A stretch of DNA of 64,000 nucleotides from Oscillospiraceae bacterium (lineage in GTDB: Bacteria > Bacillota > Clostridia > Oscillospirales > Oscillospiraceae): NCBI GenBank assembly GCA_017395935.1, contig JAFQNL010000035.1, forward strand, positions 289-64,288, written 5' to 3'. The notes beneath the pieces are model-generated. The model was not told the origin of the DNA. It ran no database searches and saw only the letters and a list, made by a program, of their open reading frames with translations. Shown piece after piece: positions 53,274-62,820 of this stretch; positions within the stretch are counted from its first letter, which is position 1, and each line of letters begins with the position of its first letter. Both the position numbers and the translations under genes were made by a program.

Positions 53274-54131
53274 ATGGCACGTAAGATCACTATGCAGGAT
53301 ATGGCTGTCATGAGCGTCCAGTATGTTCAGTACACCTTCGACTACTATCTGGATTCTCTCCAGAAGTGCGGTCTGTCCAAAGTCGATATGTGGGGCGGCG
53401 CTCCTCACTATTCCCGTCTGGACTATAACACCTCCATGGAGGCTGCCAAGCGTATCCGCGAGATGCGCAAGAACATCGAGGATCGTGGCATGAAAGTCGT
53501 CATGTACACTCCCGAGACTCTGGGCTATCCCTACAGCTATTCCAACCCCGACTTCCGTCTGCGCGCACGCACTGTCGACTACATGAGAAACGCCATGGAC
53601 GACGCTCTGGAATTCGGCACCAATATGGTCTTCCTGAACACCGGCTGCGCTCCCCGTAACCTGCCTCGTGAAGACGGTCTGAAGCGTACTATCGACAGCT
53701 ATCGCATTATGGCTGACTACGCCGAGAAGATGGGCGTTCAGCTGGTGCTGGAGCAGCTGCAGCCCTACGAGAGCAACCTCTGCCTGACTCTGGGCGACGT
53801 CAAGCATATCATTGACGCCGTTGACTCCCCCAATCTGGGCTGCTGCGTTGACCTGGTCGCTATGGAAGTGGCCGGCGAGACGCTGGAGCAGTTCTGCGAT
53901 ACGCTGGGCGACAAGATCCAGTGGATCCACTACTCCGACAGCCACCATCTGATTCTGGGCGACGGCGACTACGGCAAGGAGAAGCTGGCCGGCTGGATCA
54001 AGCTGCTGGAAGACCGGGGCTATCAGAATTGCATCGATCTGGAGATCAACGACTCCATCTATTGGGAGGATCCCCACACTTCTATCGCCCGTACCGCCGA
54101 GTATCTGCGCACCTACGTTCCTGAGAAGTAA
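53274..54131 (+). CDS. Xylose-isomerase-like TIM-barrel protein, FrlC-like (fructoselysine 3-epimerase family)
   Basis: 285 aa. MWGGAPHYS, MYTPETLGYPYS, LVLEQLQPYESN, GDKIQWIHYSDS. These resemble my recollection of E. coli FrlC (IWGGRPHAF, GYTPETNGYPYN, LILEPLTPYESN, GDKLRHLHIVDS). Confidence 0.75.
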   Translation: MARKITMQDMAVMSVQYVQYTFDYYLDSLQKCGLSKVDMWGGAPHYSRLDYNTSMEAAKRIREMRKNIEDRGMKVVMYTPETLGYPYSYSNPDFRLRARTVDYMRNAMDDALEFGTNMVFLNTGCAPRNLPREDGLKRTIDSYRIMADYAEKMGVQLVLEQLQPYESNLCLTLGDVKHIIDAVDSPNLGCCVDLVAMEVAGETLEQFCDTLGDKIQWIHYSDSHHLILGDGDYGKEKLAGWIKLLEDRGYQNCIDLEINDSIYWEDPHTSIARTAEYLRTYVPEK

Positions 54132-54180
54132 TCTTTCTTCACCCTCTTCTCTTCCCCGGATCCCACTTCTCCGGGGAAGT

Positions 54181-54216
54181 GACCGGGAGTCCTTCGGGGC
54201 TCCCGGTTTTTCTGTT
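54181..54216 (+). terminator. Terminator after the frlC-like gene
   Basis: accgggagtcc-ttcg-gggctcccggt followed by ttttc. Confidence 0.7.
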
Positions 54217-54284
54217 CCATCCCATGACAAACCCCCGGCGCTTTACGCGCCGGGGGTCACTCTTTTTTCCCGTTTTGTTGTAAC

Positions 54285-56378
54285 TCAGCCCTGAATGGTC
54301 ATGCTGAGCGCTCGCTTTCCGGTAAGCTGAGCAGTACGCTCATCGCCCTGACCAAAGCCGGCCCAGAGCGTCCAGGGTCCGGTGCCGGCAATTCGGCAGC
54401 CCTGATCATTGACCACGGTAAAAGCCCGCTCTTCCAGTTCCAACTCCGCCCGTGCCTGCTCTCCCGCCTTCAGCTTCAACCGGGCAAAGCCACAGAGGAC
54501 AGGATTAGCAGGTGCAAAGGGAGATCCTTCGTCCTTAAGATAGAGCTGAAGCACATCCTCAGTGTCCCGCTCGCCCTCGTTGCAGACTGTTACCGTCACC
54601 CGTCTCCCCTCTGCCTTCAGATCGGTAACCCGGGTATCTCCATAGGTCAAACCGTAGCCAAAGGGATAGAGCGGCTGGCCGGTAAAATAGCGGTAGGTCC
54701 GGTTGACCATGCTATAGTCGATAAAAGCGGGCATGGCGTCCAGATCGTCATTGTAATAGAAGGTGACCGGCAGTTTTCCGGAGGGAGACTGCTCGCCAAA
54801 GAGGAGTTCGGCCACAGCCCGGCCTCCTCCGGCGCCGGGATACCAGGTCAGCAGAATGGCGTTCGCCTTCTCCTCTGCCGCCGACAGGTCGATAGAGCTT
54901 CCGGCCATGAGCAGAACCACAGTCGGCTTGCCCACTGCCAGCACCCTGTCCAGCAGCTCCCGCTGTACGTCGGGAAGGAACAGATCCTTCTTGTCACCAG
55001 ATCCCACAGCGTTGCCCATATCCCGTTCTTCGCCTTCCAAACTCTCGTCCAGACCCAGCACCAGCACCACCACGTCGCTCCGCTTGGCAACCACCACAGC
55101 TTCCGCCATCCGGTCCTGATCCTGAGCCAGCGGCTCCACCTTTCTCTTTTCCAGATGGCAGCCCTCGGAGTAGAGCACTCTCCCCTTGCCGGCCATCAGA
55201 TCCTGAATCCCCTCCAGGACGGTAACGTAGCGGGAAGCAGTACCATGATAGTTTCCGATAAGAGACGCTCTGCTGTTGGCGTTGGGGCCAATCACGCCCA
55301 CGGTACCCACCCGTTCCGGATCCAGAGGCAGCAGGCCATCGTTTTTCAGCAGCACGCAGCTTTTGAGCGCCGCCTCGTGGGCCAGGGCCAGATGGTCGGG
55401 ATGCTCCACCATCTCAAAGGGAATCTGATCATACTCAGAGCCCTCTCCCATAATGCCCAGCAGATAGCGGGTAGTGAACAGCCGTTCCGCCGCCACTGTC
55501 AGCTGCCGCTCGCTCACCAGTCCCTGCTCATAGGCAGCCATCACATGAACGTAGGTATTGCCGCAGTTCAGGTCGCAGCCCATATTCAATGCCAGTGCCG
55601 CCGACTCCGCCGGGGTATCGGTGACCATATGCCCGGTATGGAAGTCACGAATCGCCCAGCAGTCGGAAACCACATGGCCCTCAAAGCCATACCGGCCCCG
55701 AAGCAGATCCACAAGCAGACTTTTGCTTCCGCAGCAGGGCTCGCCGTTGACCTGATTGTAAGCGCCCATTACCGACTCTACCCTACCCCGAAGAATGCAG
55801 TCCTCAAAGGCGGCCAGATAGGTCTCTTCCATGTCCTTGGCCGTTGCCTGAGCATTGAAGTGATGGCGAATGTCCTCCGGGCCGCTGTGCACGGCCAGAT
55901 GCTTGGCGCAGGCAGCGCTCTTCATAACCGGCCCATCTCCCTGAAGTCCACGGATATAGGCCATGCCCAGCCGTCCGGTGAGGTAGGGGTCTTCTCCGTA
56001 AGTCTCATGACCCCGGCCCCATCGGGGGTCCCGGAAGATATTGATATTGGGCGACCAGAAGGTCAGTCCCTTATAAATATCCCGGTCCCCTTCCTGAGAG
56101 AGGGCGTTATACCGCGCTCTGCCCTCAGTGGCGGCCACATCGCCCAGCTTCTCCAACAGGGCATCGTCAAACATGGCAGCAAGGCCGATGGCCTGAGGGA
56201 AGCTGGTGGCCGTGCCGGCACGGGCGACGCCGTGAAGGGCTTCGTTCCACCAGTTATAACCCGGGATCCCCAGACGCGGGATAGAAGGGGAATCATAGCG
56301 AAGCTGGCTTGCCTTTTCTTCTACAGTCATTTGGGCAACCAGTGCTTTTGCTTTCGCCGCAGCCTGTTTTCGATCCAT
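54285..56378 (-). CDS. Glycoside hydrolase family 3 (beta-glucosidase/xylosidase-type), cytoplasmic
   Basis: 697 aa with no signal peptide. RLGIPGYNWWNEALHGVA, nucleophile region HVVSDCWAI, and a C-terminal Fn3-like domain. Confidence 0.9.
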   Translation of the reverse strand: MDRKQAAAKAKALVAQMTVEEKASQLRYDSPSIPRLGIPGYNWWNEALHGVARAGTATSFPQAIGLAAMFDDALLEKLGDVAATEGRARYNALSQEGDRDIYKGLTFWSPNINIFRDPRWGRGHETYGEDPYLTGRLGMAYIRGLQGDGPVMKSAACAKHLAVHSGPEDIRHHFNAQATAKDMEETYLAAFEDCILRGRVESVMGAYNQVNGEPCCGSKSLLVDLLRGRYGFEGHVVSDCWAIRDFHTGHMVTDTPAESAALALNMGCDLNCGNTYVHVMAAYEQGLVSERQLTVAAERLFTTRYLLGIMGEGSEYDQIPFEMVEHPDHLALAHEAALKSCVLLKNDGLLPLDPERVGTVGVIGPNANSRASLIGNYHGTASRYVTVLEGIQDLMAGKGRVLYSEGCHLEKRKVEPLAQDQDRMAEAVVVAKRSDVVVLVLGLDESLEGEERDMGNAVGSGDKKDLFLPDVQRELLDRVLAVGKPTVVLLMAGSSIDLSAAEEKANAILLTWYPGAGGGRAVAELLFGEQSPSGKLPVTFYYNDDLDAMPAFIDYSMVNRTYRYFTGQPLYPFGYGLTYGDTRVTDLKAEGRRVTVTVCNEGERDTEDVLQLYLKDEGSPFAPANPVLCGFARLKLKAGEQARAELELEERAFTVVNDQGCRIAGTGPWTLWAGFGQGDERTAQLTGKRALSMTIQG

Positions 56379-56465
56379 AGTAAGCTCCTTTTGCGGAAAT
56401 AGCCAACGGACGGCTACCGGGTAGGGAGAGTCCCGGCCCCAAAGCAGTCATCCGTTGTCAGAGGT

Positions 56466-57140
56466 TTATTCTTCCAGTGTCCAGTTGTCCTCTTCAGGCA
56501 GCTCCTGCTCCTGATCTCCAAAGCGGGCAAAAACGTGTTTGAGCACAAAGGAGGCCAGGAAGGTCGGCCCGGAAATGCCCATCATGAGATACAGGAAGCC
56601 CAGCACATACAGGAACATCTCCGGCCATAAGATCAGGCCCAGAATGGGCAGCACATAGATCACCGCCATCAGAATGGTCCAGCCGGGGCAGCAGACGGTC
56701 AGAAGGAAGGTATTCTTTATGTGGCCTTTCAGGCTGTTGGAAAAACGGGCCTGAAGAGCAAAGGTATAGCAGATCACCGTCAGCAGTACGCAAAGCACCA
56801 CCACAGAAACCACAATAAATAACTTCCGCAGCAGCTCCACGCCCTGTCCGAGAGCAAAGATAAAGTCGGTTACTGCCACGATCAGCAGCGCAATAGCGCC
56901 CAGACCGATCACAAGGCCCCGTTTGAAGTTCTCCCGGAAGGCATTGAACCAGGTCCGCAGCAAGCCAAACGGCTCGTCCTTTGCCAGTTTCAGCGTCACC
57001 GTGAACAGGGCACAGGTAGCCGGTCCAATGGTGACAATAGGCAGCGAACAGAGGATCCAGAGCCAGTTGGCCGCCATCAGATCTCCCAGCACCCGCAGAA
57101 AGCGAAACACCGGCAGATCCCCGATCTCACGACGCTTCAT
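56466..57140 (-). CDS. DUF624 (YesL-like) membrane protein
   Basis: 224 aa. ANWLWILCSLPIVTIGPATCALFTV is the DUF624 pattern. This family usually accompanies CUT1 sugar ABC systems. Confidence 0.8.
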   Translation of the reverse strand: MKRREIGDLPVFRFLRVLGDLMAANWLWILCSLPIVTIGPATCALFTVTLKLAKDEPFGLLRTWFNAFRENFKRGLVIGLGAIALLIVAVTDFIFALGQGVELLRKLFIVVSVVVLCVLLTVICYTFALQARFSNSLKGHIKNTFLLTVCCPGWTILMAVIYVLPILGLILWPEMFLYVLGFLYLMMGISGPTFLASFVLKHVFARFGDQEQELPEEDNWTLEE

Positions 57141-57143
57141 TTC

Positions 57144-57986
57144 TTAGCCCTTCACGCCGCCCAGAGCCACACCGGCGATAATATACTTCGACAGCATGAA
57201 GTAGACGATCAGAATGGGAAGGACGGTCAGCAGCAGACCCAGATAGATGGCGCCGTATTCGGTCTTGTAAATATCGCCCCGCAGCAGACTGACCATGATA
57301 GGCATGGTGTACTTGGAATTATCAGTCAGCAGGATAGAGGGCAGGAACAGGTCATTCCAGCTGGCCACGAAGGAGAAGATACCCTGCGTTGCCATAGCCG
57401 GCTTCATAATGGGAAGGGCAATGGCATTGAACGTATGGAACTCTCCCGAGCCGTCGATACGGGCCGAGTCCAGCAGTTCCATGGGGAAGGATGCCAGCAT
57501 GAACTGACGCATAAAGAAGACGGTAGTGGGAGCGGCAATGGCCGGCAGAATCAGGGCAAGGAAGTTATTGGTCATGCCCACTTTGTACATAAGCTGATAG
57601 AAGCCAATACTGATGACCTGTGTGGGAATCATCATAACACACATAATCACCGTAAAGAACGTGTCCCGCAGCTTCCAGGTATAGGCCACAAGAGCATAGG
57701 CCGTCAGGGAGGAGAAGTAGACGGTGCAGGCAGTGGCGCTGACGGAGATAATAATGGAGTTGAGGAAGCCCTTTACGGGATCGAAGGTCTTACCCAGCAG
57801 AACCTCCAAATTGCTCATGAAGTAGCCGGAGGGAACCAGCGAGATGGCCTGCTGCTGGATCTCGTAGGTACTTCTGGTCGAGTTGATGATCATGATCACA
57901 AAGGGCATCAGCGAGAGAATGGCCAAAAAGATGCAGACCGTGTAGACAAGCACCTTAAAGAGGATGCTACCCTGTCTTTTCTTCAT
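57144..57986 (-). CDS. Carbohydrate ABC transporter permease (MalG-like)
   Basis: 280 aa, 6 TM. EAA-loop-like DSARIDGSGEFHTFNAIALPIMKPA. Confidence 0.92.
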   Translation of the reverse strand: MKKRQGSILFKVLVYTVCIFLAILSLMPFVIMIINSTRSTYEIQQQAISLVPSGYFMSNLEVLLGKTFDPVKGFLNSIIISVSATACTVYFSSLTAYALVAYTWKLRDTFFTVIMCVMMIPTQVISIGFYQLMYKVGMTNNFLALILPAIAAPTTVFFMRQFMLASFPMELLDSARIDGSGEFHTFNAIALPIMKPAMATQGIFSFVASWNDLFLPSILLTDNSKYTMPIMVSLLRGDIYKTEYGAIYLGLLLTVLPILIVYFMLSKYIIAGVALGGVKG

Positions 57987-58961
57987 TTAGTTCGCCCCCT
58001 TTGCAAGTGCTCTCTGAGCTTTGGCAAAAGCCTTCTGTTCCTTTTTCCGCTTAATTTCGTCCTTGTCACGCATGACCAGGAAGAGCAGGGCGGACAGTAC
58101 GGCAATAATAAGGAACATGATCATACTGGCAGCCGAGGCACGGTTGTACATATAGCTGCCGCTGAAGGCCTGATTGTAGATAAACACGTTGGTGGTCAGC
58201 GTAGCGTTGTCCGGTCCGCCAAGGCTGAAGAGCTTGGGGATGTCGTACATATTCAGACCGCCGATCATGCTGGTAATCAGGACATAGAGGAGAATGGTAC
58301 GCAGGTTGGGCAGAGTGATATGGAAGAAGATCTGGACATCACTGGCGCCATCCACTTCCGCCGCTTCAAAGATCTCAGGGTTGATACCCAGAACGCCGGA
58401 GATCAGGATGATCATGGTATTGCCGTACCACATCCAGAACTGGATGAAGGCCACGATCGCCCGGGTCGCCGTCTTATTGTTTATGAAATAGAATGCCTCG
58501 TCCAGAACACCGGCCGACATAAGGATATCATTCACAGGGCCCTTGGGATAGGCGAACAGGGCGTTAAAGAGAATGGCCACGCTGGCTGCGGTGATAATGT
58601 TGGGCATATAGAATACAACTTTAAAGAATCCCTGACCGCGAATCTTGTTGCGGCGGGAGGTAAACCATGCCGTCAGAATCAAAGCGAGGGTAATCTGAGG
58701 AATAAAGTTCATAATCCAGAGCTCAACTGTATTCTTAAGCGAGGTCTGGAAGGAGGGATTGTTGAGAATAGTGATGTAGTTCTTAAAGGGTTCATCCACC
58801 AGGAAATTCCAGTTGGTATTACCTAAGCCCTTGCAGTCTGTAAAACCGAGAACGGCAGTGTAGATCGTCGGATAGAGCTTAAAGAGGATGAATGCGACGA
58901 TAAAGGGAATGCTGAACAGATATCCATACTTCGCGTAACTGAAGCTTTTGCGGCGATTCAT
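57987..58961 (-). CDS. Carbohydrate ABC transporter permease (MalF-like)
   Basis: 324 aa. EAAEVDGASDVQIFFHITLPNLR EAA loop. Confidence 0.92.
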   Translation of the reverse strand: MNRRKSFSYAKYGYLFSIPFIVAFILFKLYPTIYTAVLGFTDCKGLGNTNWNFLVDEPFKNYITILNNPSFQTSLKNTVELWIMNFIPQITLALILTAWFTSRRNKIRGQGFFKVVFYMPNIITAASVAILFNALFAYPKGPVNDILMSAGVLDEAFYFINNKTATRAIVAFIQFWMWYGNTMIILISGVLGINPEIFEAAEVDGASDVQIFFHITLPNLRTILLYVLITSMIGGLNMYDIPKLFSLGGPDNATLTTNVFIYNQAFSGSYMYNRASAASMIMFLIIAVLSALLFLVMRDKDEIKRKKEQKAFAKAQRALAKGAN

Positions 58962-59087
58962 CGTGGTTCACTCCTTACTATTTGTCATTTCCCCGGAATT
59001 GGGCAAGGGGAGGACAGCCCATGCTGCCCTCCCCCACCATTGCTATTTAGTTACCTGACCGGGGTTAATACCCTGAGGGGAATATCA

Positions 59088-60542
59088 TCAATCAAAGTTA
59101 ACCACGACGTCCAGGTTGTCAGCGACCTGCTGCTTGAAGGCCTGAATAGCCTCGTCACGGGTCTTTTCGCCAGCAGTATACTGACGGACCTGATCACGCC
59201 AATAGGTGTTGATGCTCTCGTCATACTGAGTCAGGCACTTGCCGTTGGCAAACTGGTTAGCGGGAACGAAGATATCGAACATGTTCTGGCCGCCCAGGAA
59301 CTCAACGGAGCCGTCGGACATAGCCATAACAGTACCGGAAGCAACGCAGTCCTTGGTGCCGCCAGCGCCATAGATGGTGCCGTTGGCCCACAGATACTGC
59401 AGACCGGTCTCGGTGCAGTCGAGGGTGATCCACTCAATGATCTCGCCAACAGCTTCCTTCACGTCGGAATCCTTGTTGGCCAGCAGCCAGGTGCCGCCCC
59501 AGAAGAAGCCCACGGGAGGCTCGCAGATGGCCCAGTCACCATAGGTGCCTTCGCCCACGGCAGTGCCGCCGCAGTTGGGAGCCAGAGTGTAGTTAATCAG
59601 CCATGCGGGACCGAAGAAGCCCAGGATACCCTGCTCGCCTTCGCCCTTCATGTCAGCAAACCAAGCGTCCTGCCAGTCCTGAGTGTCGTTGTGGTAGCCC
59701 TTGTCCTTCAGTTCCTTGGACAGGTCCAGGAAGGCCTCGCGCTTAGCGTCGATGGTCAGCTCGCCATCAACGATCCAGCCGGACTCGGAGCTGTTCTCAA
59801 CAGCGTGCCACAGGTCGCCGTCACCGGAGATGATGCCGTAGCCCTTTTCCTTCAGCTCGGCAGCAGCAGCGTAGAACTGTTCCCAGTCGCCGGAGCCAGC
59901 GCCGATCTTCTCAGCCACGACGGCGGGATCATCAGTACCCCAAACGTCCTTGGCGATGGAACGACGATAGATGAAAGCGCCGCCGGTGGCCTGATAGCCC
60001 AGACCAACGACCTTGCCGTCGGAGGGACGGGTGCCGATATCCACAGAGTACTGAGCAATGTCAGCAGCCTCGATGGCAGCGGCGGTGTCGATACCCAGAT
60101 CGTCATAGGGAGCAGCGAAGGCAGAGGCATCGCCCTGAGAATACTTCAGGATGAAGGCAGCCTCAGCGCAGTAGATGTCAGGAGCATCCTCGCCGCCAGC
60201 GGCCAGAGCCTGGTCCAGAGCGGGCTGATAGGCACCGTCGGTAGTGGCAATAATGGTCTCCTTGACCTCATACTTCTCTGCAAACTCGGGGTTGAGTTCC
60301 AGATACTTCTGGACCATCTTGGGCACCTCGTCGGTGAAGGCCCAGAGATTGATCACGGTCTTGCCGGATTCTTCGGCGGGTTCCTCGGCAGGTTCCTCAG
60401 CAGGTTCCTCGGCAGGTTCCTCAGCGGGTTCCTCGGCAGCAGGCTCTTCAGCGGGCTCTTCAGCAGGAGCGTCAGTGCCACCGCATGCTACCAGAGACAG
60501 GCACATAACCAGTGCCAACAGCAGAGCGAGCAATTTCTTCAT
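59088..60542 (-). CDS. Extracellular solute-binding lipoprotein of the sugar ABC transporter
   Basis: 484 aa. Lipobox LSLVAC-GG, a (PAEE)n linker, then an SBP_bac_1-like body. Confidence 0.88.
   Translation of the reverse strand: MKKLLALLLALVMCLSLVACGGTDAPAEEPAEEPAAEEPAEEPAEEPAEEPAEEPAEESGKTVINLWAFTDEVPKMVQKYLELNPEFAEKYEVKETIIATTDGAYQPALDQALAAGGEDAPDIYCAEAAFILKYSQGDASAFAAPYDDLGIDTAAAIEAADIAQYSVDIGTRPSDGKVVGLGYQATGGAFIYRRSIAKDVWGTDDPAVVAEKIGAGSGDWEQFYAAAAELKEKGYGIISGDGDLWHAVENSSESGWIVDGELTIDAKREAFLDLSKELKDKGYHNDTQDWQDAWFADMKGEGEQGILGFFGPAWLINYTLAPNCGGTAVGEGTYGDWAICEPPVGFFWGGTWLLANKDSDVKEAVGEIIEWITLDCTETGLQYLWANGTIYGAGGTKDCVASGTVMAMSDGSVEFLGGQNMFDIFVPANQFANGKCLTQYDESINTYWRDQVRQYTAGEKTRDEAIQAFKQQVADNLDVVVNFD
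60370..60470 (-). repeat. In-frame tandem 12-nt repeat encoding the (PAEE)n linker
   Basis: About 8 units of ttcctc(g/a)gc(a/g)gg on the + strand, encoding EEPAEEPAAEEPAEEPAEEPAEEPAEEPAEE. Confidence 0.85.
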
Positions 60543-60777
60543 GTTTCTTCCTCCTTATTCATTTTTGTCCGTTTTGTACAGCTAGATTCTGCTTTACAAG
60601 CAGCTTCAGCTATACTCCTTAACCGAAATATAACTATATCGTTTAAGAAAGTCAATCAAAAATTGTGCATTTTCCCAAACATTGGATGCTTCTACAAAAA
60701 CTTAAACGTTTTCTTGTTTAATTTTACTATAACTTCTTTCTATAAGTTTTTCACTTGTTTCATGCTCGTACAGACAA

Positions 60778-60806
60778 TTGATTTCCTGGTCCGCAGAGCT
60801 TATAAT
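60778..60806 (+). promoter_or_regulatory. Candidate sigma-A promoter for the nifS-like gene
   Basis: TTGATT-17 nt-TATAAT, with a GGAAAGGAGGG RBS before the ATG at 60838. Confidence 0.55.
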
Positions 60807-60837
60807 GAAATAAGCTCAGGAAAGGAGGGTCTGAGAA

Positions 60838-61962
60838 ATGATCTATCTTGACCACGCCGCCTCGGCTCCTCCACTGTCTCAGGCACTGGAGACGCAGCTC
60901 CGGGTATCCCGGGAGGCTTTCGGTAATCCCAGCGGCATCCACGCCACCTCCGCCCTCTCCCGGCGCCATCTGCGTTTGGCCAGAAAAACCATCTCAGAAG
61001 TTGCGAATATGCCCGCATCATCCATCATTTTTACATCCGGAGGCACTGAATCCAATAACTGGGCCATTCGTATGGCTGCCCTTTCACGCAAAAAAAAGGG
61101 CCGTCATATTATCCTCAGCCAGATCGAGCACGCCTCTGTTCTCCGCTCCGGAGCCGCTCTGGAAGCGCTGGGATTTACTGTCACGCGGCTGGCTCCCGGC
61201 CCGGATGGGCGGATTGCCCCCCGTGCGCTGGAGGCGGCCGTCCGGCCGGATACTGTTCTGATCTCCCTCCAAAGCGCCAACAATGAGACCGGCATCCTGC
61301 AGGATGTGAAATCGTTTACGGACATTGCCCGGGCCCATGGCATTCTCTACCACTGCGACGCTGTACAGAGCTTTGGACACGTATCTCAGCCCTTTGAAGG
61401 TGCCGATTTGGTCACTTTTTCCTCCCACAAGCTGGGCGGACCCGCCGGTGTGGGGGTTCTAGCCCTTCCCAGAGGGTTCTTTCCCCCTCCCCTGCTGGAA
61501 GGCGGCGGACAGGAGTTTGGTCTCCGGTCCGGCACAGAGAATGTGCCGGCCATCGCCGGATTTGCCGCAGCATGCGAAATCGTTTTCTCTCATCTGGAGC
61601 AGGAATCGGCCCGGCAGGCTGCCCTTCGGGATGGACTGCTTGCCCAGCTGCGGGCGCGCATCCCCCATCTGGAAGTAAATGGCTCCGGTCCCTGTCTGCC
61701 CCATATTCTGAACCTGCGGCTGCCCGGTCTGTCCGGAGAGCTGCTGGCTGCCCGGTTGGATCTGCGGGGCATCTGCATCTCCACCGGCGCCGCCTGCGCC
61801 GCCCGGGATCCCCGACCCTCCCATGTGCTGCTGGCTATGGGCCGGACAGAGCGGGAGGCACGGGAGTCGGTCCGGATCTCGCTGGGCCCTTCCAGCAGTT
61901 GGGAGCATATCGAGCAGACGGCTCAATCCATAATCGACATCTATCAAGCTTATGCGAAATGA
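60838..61962 (+). CDS. Class V aminotransferase / cysteine desulfurase (NifS/IscS-like)
   Basis: 374 aa. FTSGGTESNN, the SSHKLGGP PLP-lysine motif, and the STGAACAA active-site Cys loop. Confidence 0.9.
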   Translation: MIYLDHAASAPPLSQALETQLRVSREAFGNPSGIHATSALSRRHLRLARKTISEVANMPASSIIFTSGGTESNNWAIRMAALSRKKKGRHIILSQIEHASVLRSGAALEALGFTVTRLAPGPDGRIAPRALEAAVRPDTVLISLQSANNETGILQDVKSFTDIARAHGILYHCDAVQSFGHVSQPFEGADLVTFSSHKLGGPAGVGVLALPRGFFPPPLLEGGGQEFGLRSGTENVPAIAGFAAACEIVFSHLEQESARQAALRDGLLAQLRARIPHLEVNGSGPCLPHILNLRLPGLSGELLAARLDLRGICISTGAACAARDPRPSHVLLAMGRTEREARESVRISLGPSSSWEHIEQTAQSIIDIYQAYAK

Positions 61963-61980
61963 ACGACAGGAGGCAGTAAG

Positions 61981-62769
61981 ATGCAGTTTTGTTTTCCCAA
62001 CGGCCTGACCAAGGCCCTCACCCTCAGCTATGACGACGGCCGGAGCACCGACCGGGAGCTGGTTGACTTTTTCAACGCTCTGGGCCTCAAGGCCACCTTC
62101 CATCTTAATTCCGGCTGTCTGGGCCGGGAGGAGTATGTCTACACCGATGAAGCCCCCTTCCTCTACGCCGGCCATGAGATCGCCTGCCACACGGTCTCTC
62201 ATCCCCATCTCACCCGACTGCCCGAGAGCGAGATGCTCTGGGAGATCTTTGGCGACAAGGGCCAGCTGGAGCGCCTGATCGGCCAGCCGGTCCGGGGCTT
62301 CTCCTATCCCTACGGCGAGGTCAGCGAGGGAGCCGCTCAGGCTGTCCGTCTGTCCGGTCTGGAGTATGCCCGGACTGTGAACGGTACCGGCCGGTTCTCC
62401 TGGCCGGAGGACTTCCTCCGGTGGGACCCCACCTGCCATCATAGCCAGCTCACCGATGAGCTGGTGGAGCGTTTTCTCTCGCTGCCCGACCACGAAATGT
62501 GCCCCATCCTTTTTGTCTGGGGCCACAGCGCCGACTTTGACCGGGACGGCAACCGGGAGGAGGTGCTGGCCCGCTACGCCCAGCTGGCCGGCCAGCCGGA
62601 CATCTGGTACGCAACCAATATCCAGCTGAAGGACTATCTCCAGGCCATCCGTTCGCTGGCCGTAACGGCCGACGGCAGCCTTGCCTATAACCCTTCCGCC
62701 ACCACCGTCTGGGTCATGAGCGGCGGCGAGCCCACAGCTCTGGAGCCCGGCTCCTTTACCCGAATCTGA
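61981..62769 (+). CDS. Polysaccharide deacetylase (NodB homology) family protein
   Basis: 262 aa. LTLSYDDGRSTD (DD motif) and HEIACHTVSHPHL (HxxxxH). Confidence 0.85.
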   Translation: MQFCFPNGLTKALTLSYDDGRSTDRELVDFFNALGLKATFHLNSGCLGREEYVYTDEAPFLYAGHEIACHTVSHPHLTRLPESEMLWEIFGDKGQLERLIGQPVRGFSYPYGEVSEGAAQAVRLSGLEYARTVNGTGRFSWPEDFLRWDPTCHHSQLTDELVERFLSLPDHEMCPILFVWGHSADFDRDGNREEVLARYAQLAGQPDIWYATNIQLKDYLQAIRSLAVTADGSLAYNPSATTVWVMSGGEPTALEPGSFTRI

Positions 62770-62770
62770 G

Positions 62771-62817
62771 AAAAAAAAGAATGCGTGTGCCTGACACATC
62801 ATAGGCACACGCGTTTT
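62771..62817. terminator. Bidirectional terminator
   Basis: An A-run, then gcgtgtgcct-N10-aggcacacgc, then tttt. Confidence 0.75.
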
Positions 62818-62820
62818 CAT

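Noticed and set aside
60370-60470. A regularly spaced short repeat that could be mistaken for a mini CRISPR or minisatellite.
   Set aside because: The 12-nt units are contiguous with no spacers, in frame, and inside a lipoprotein gene, so this is a coding linker repeat.
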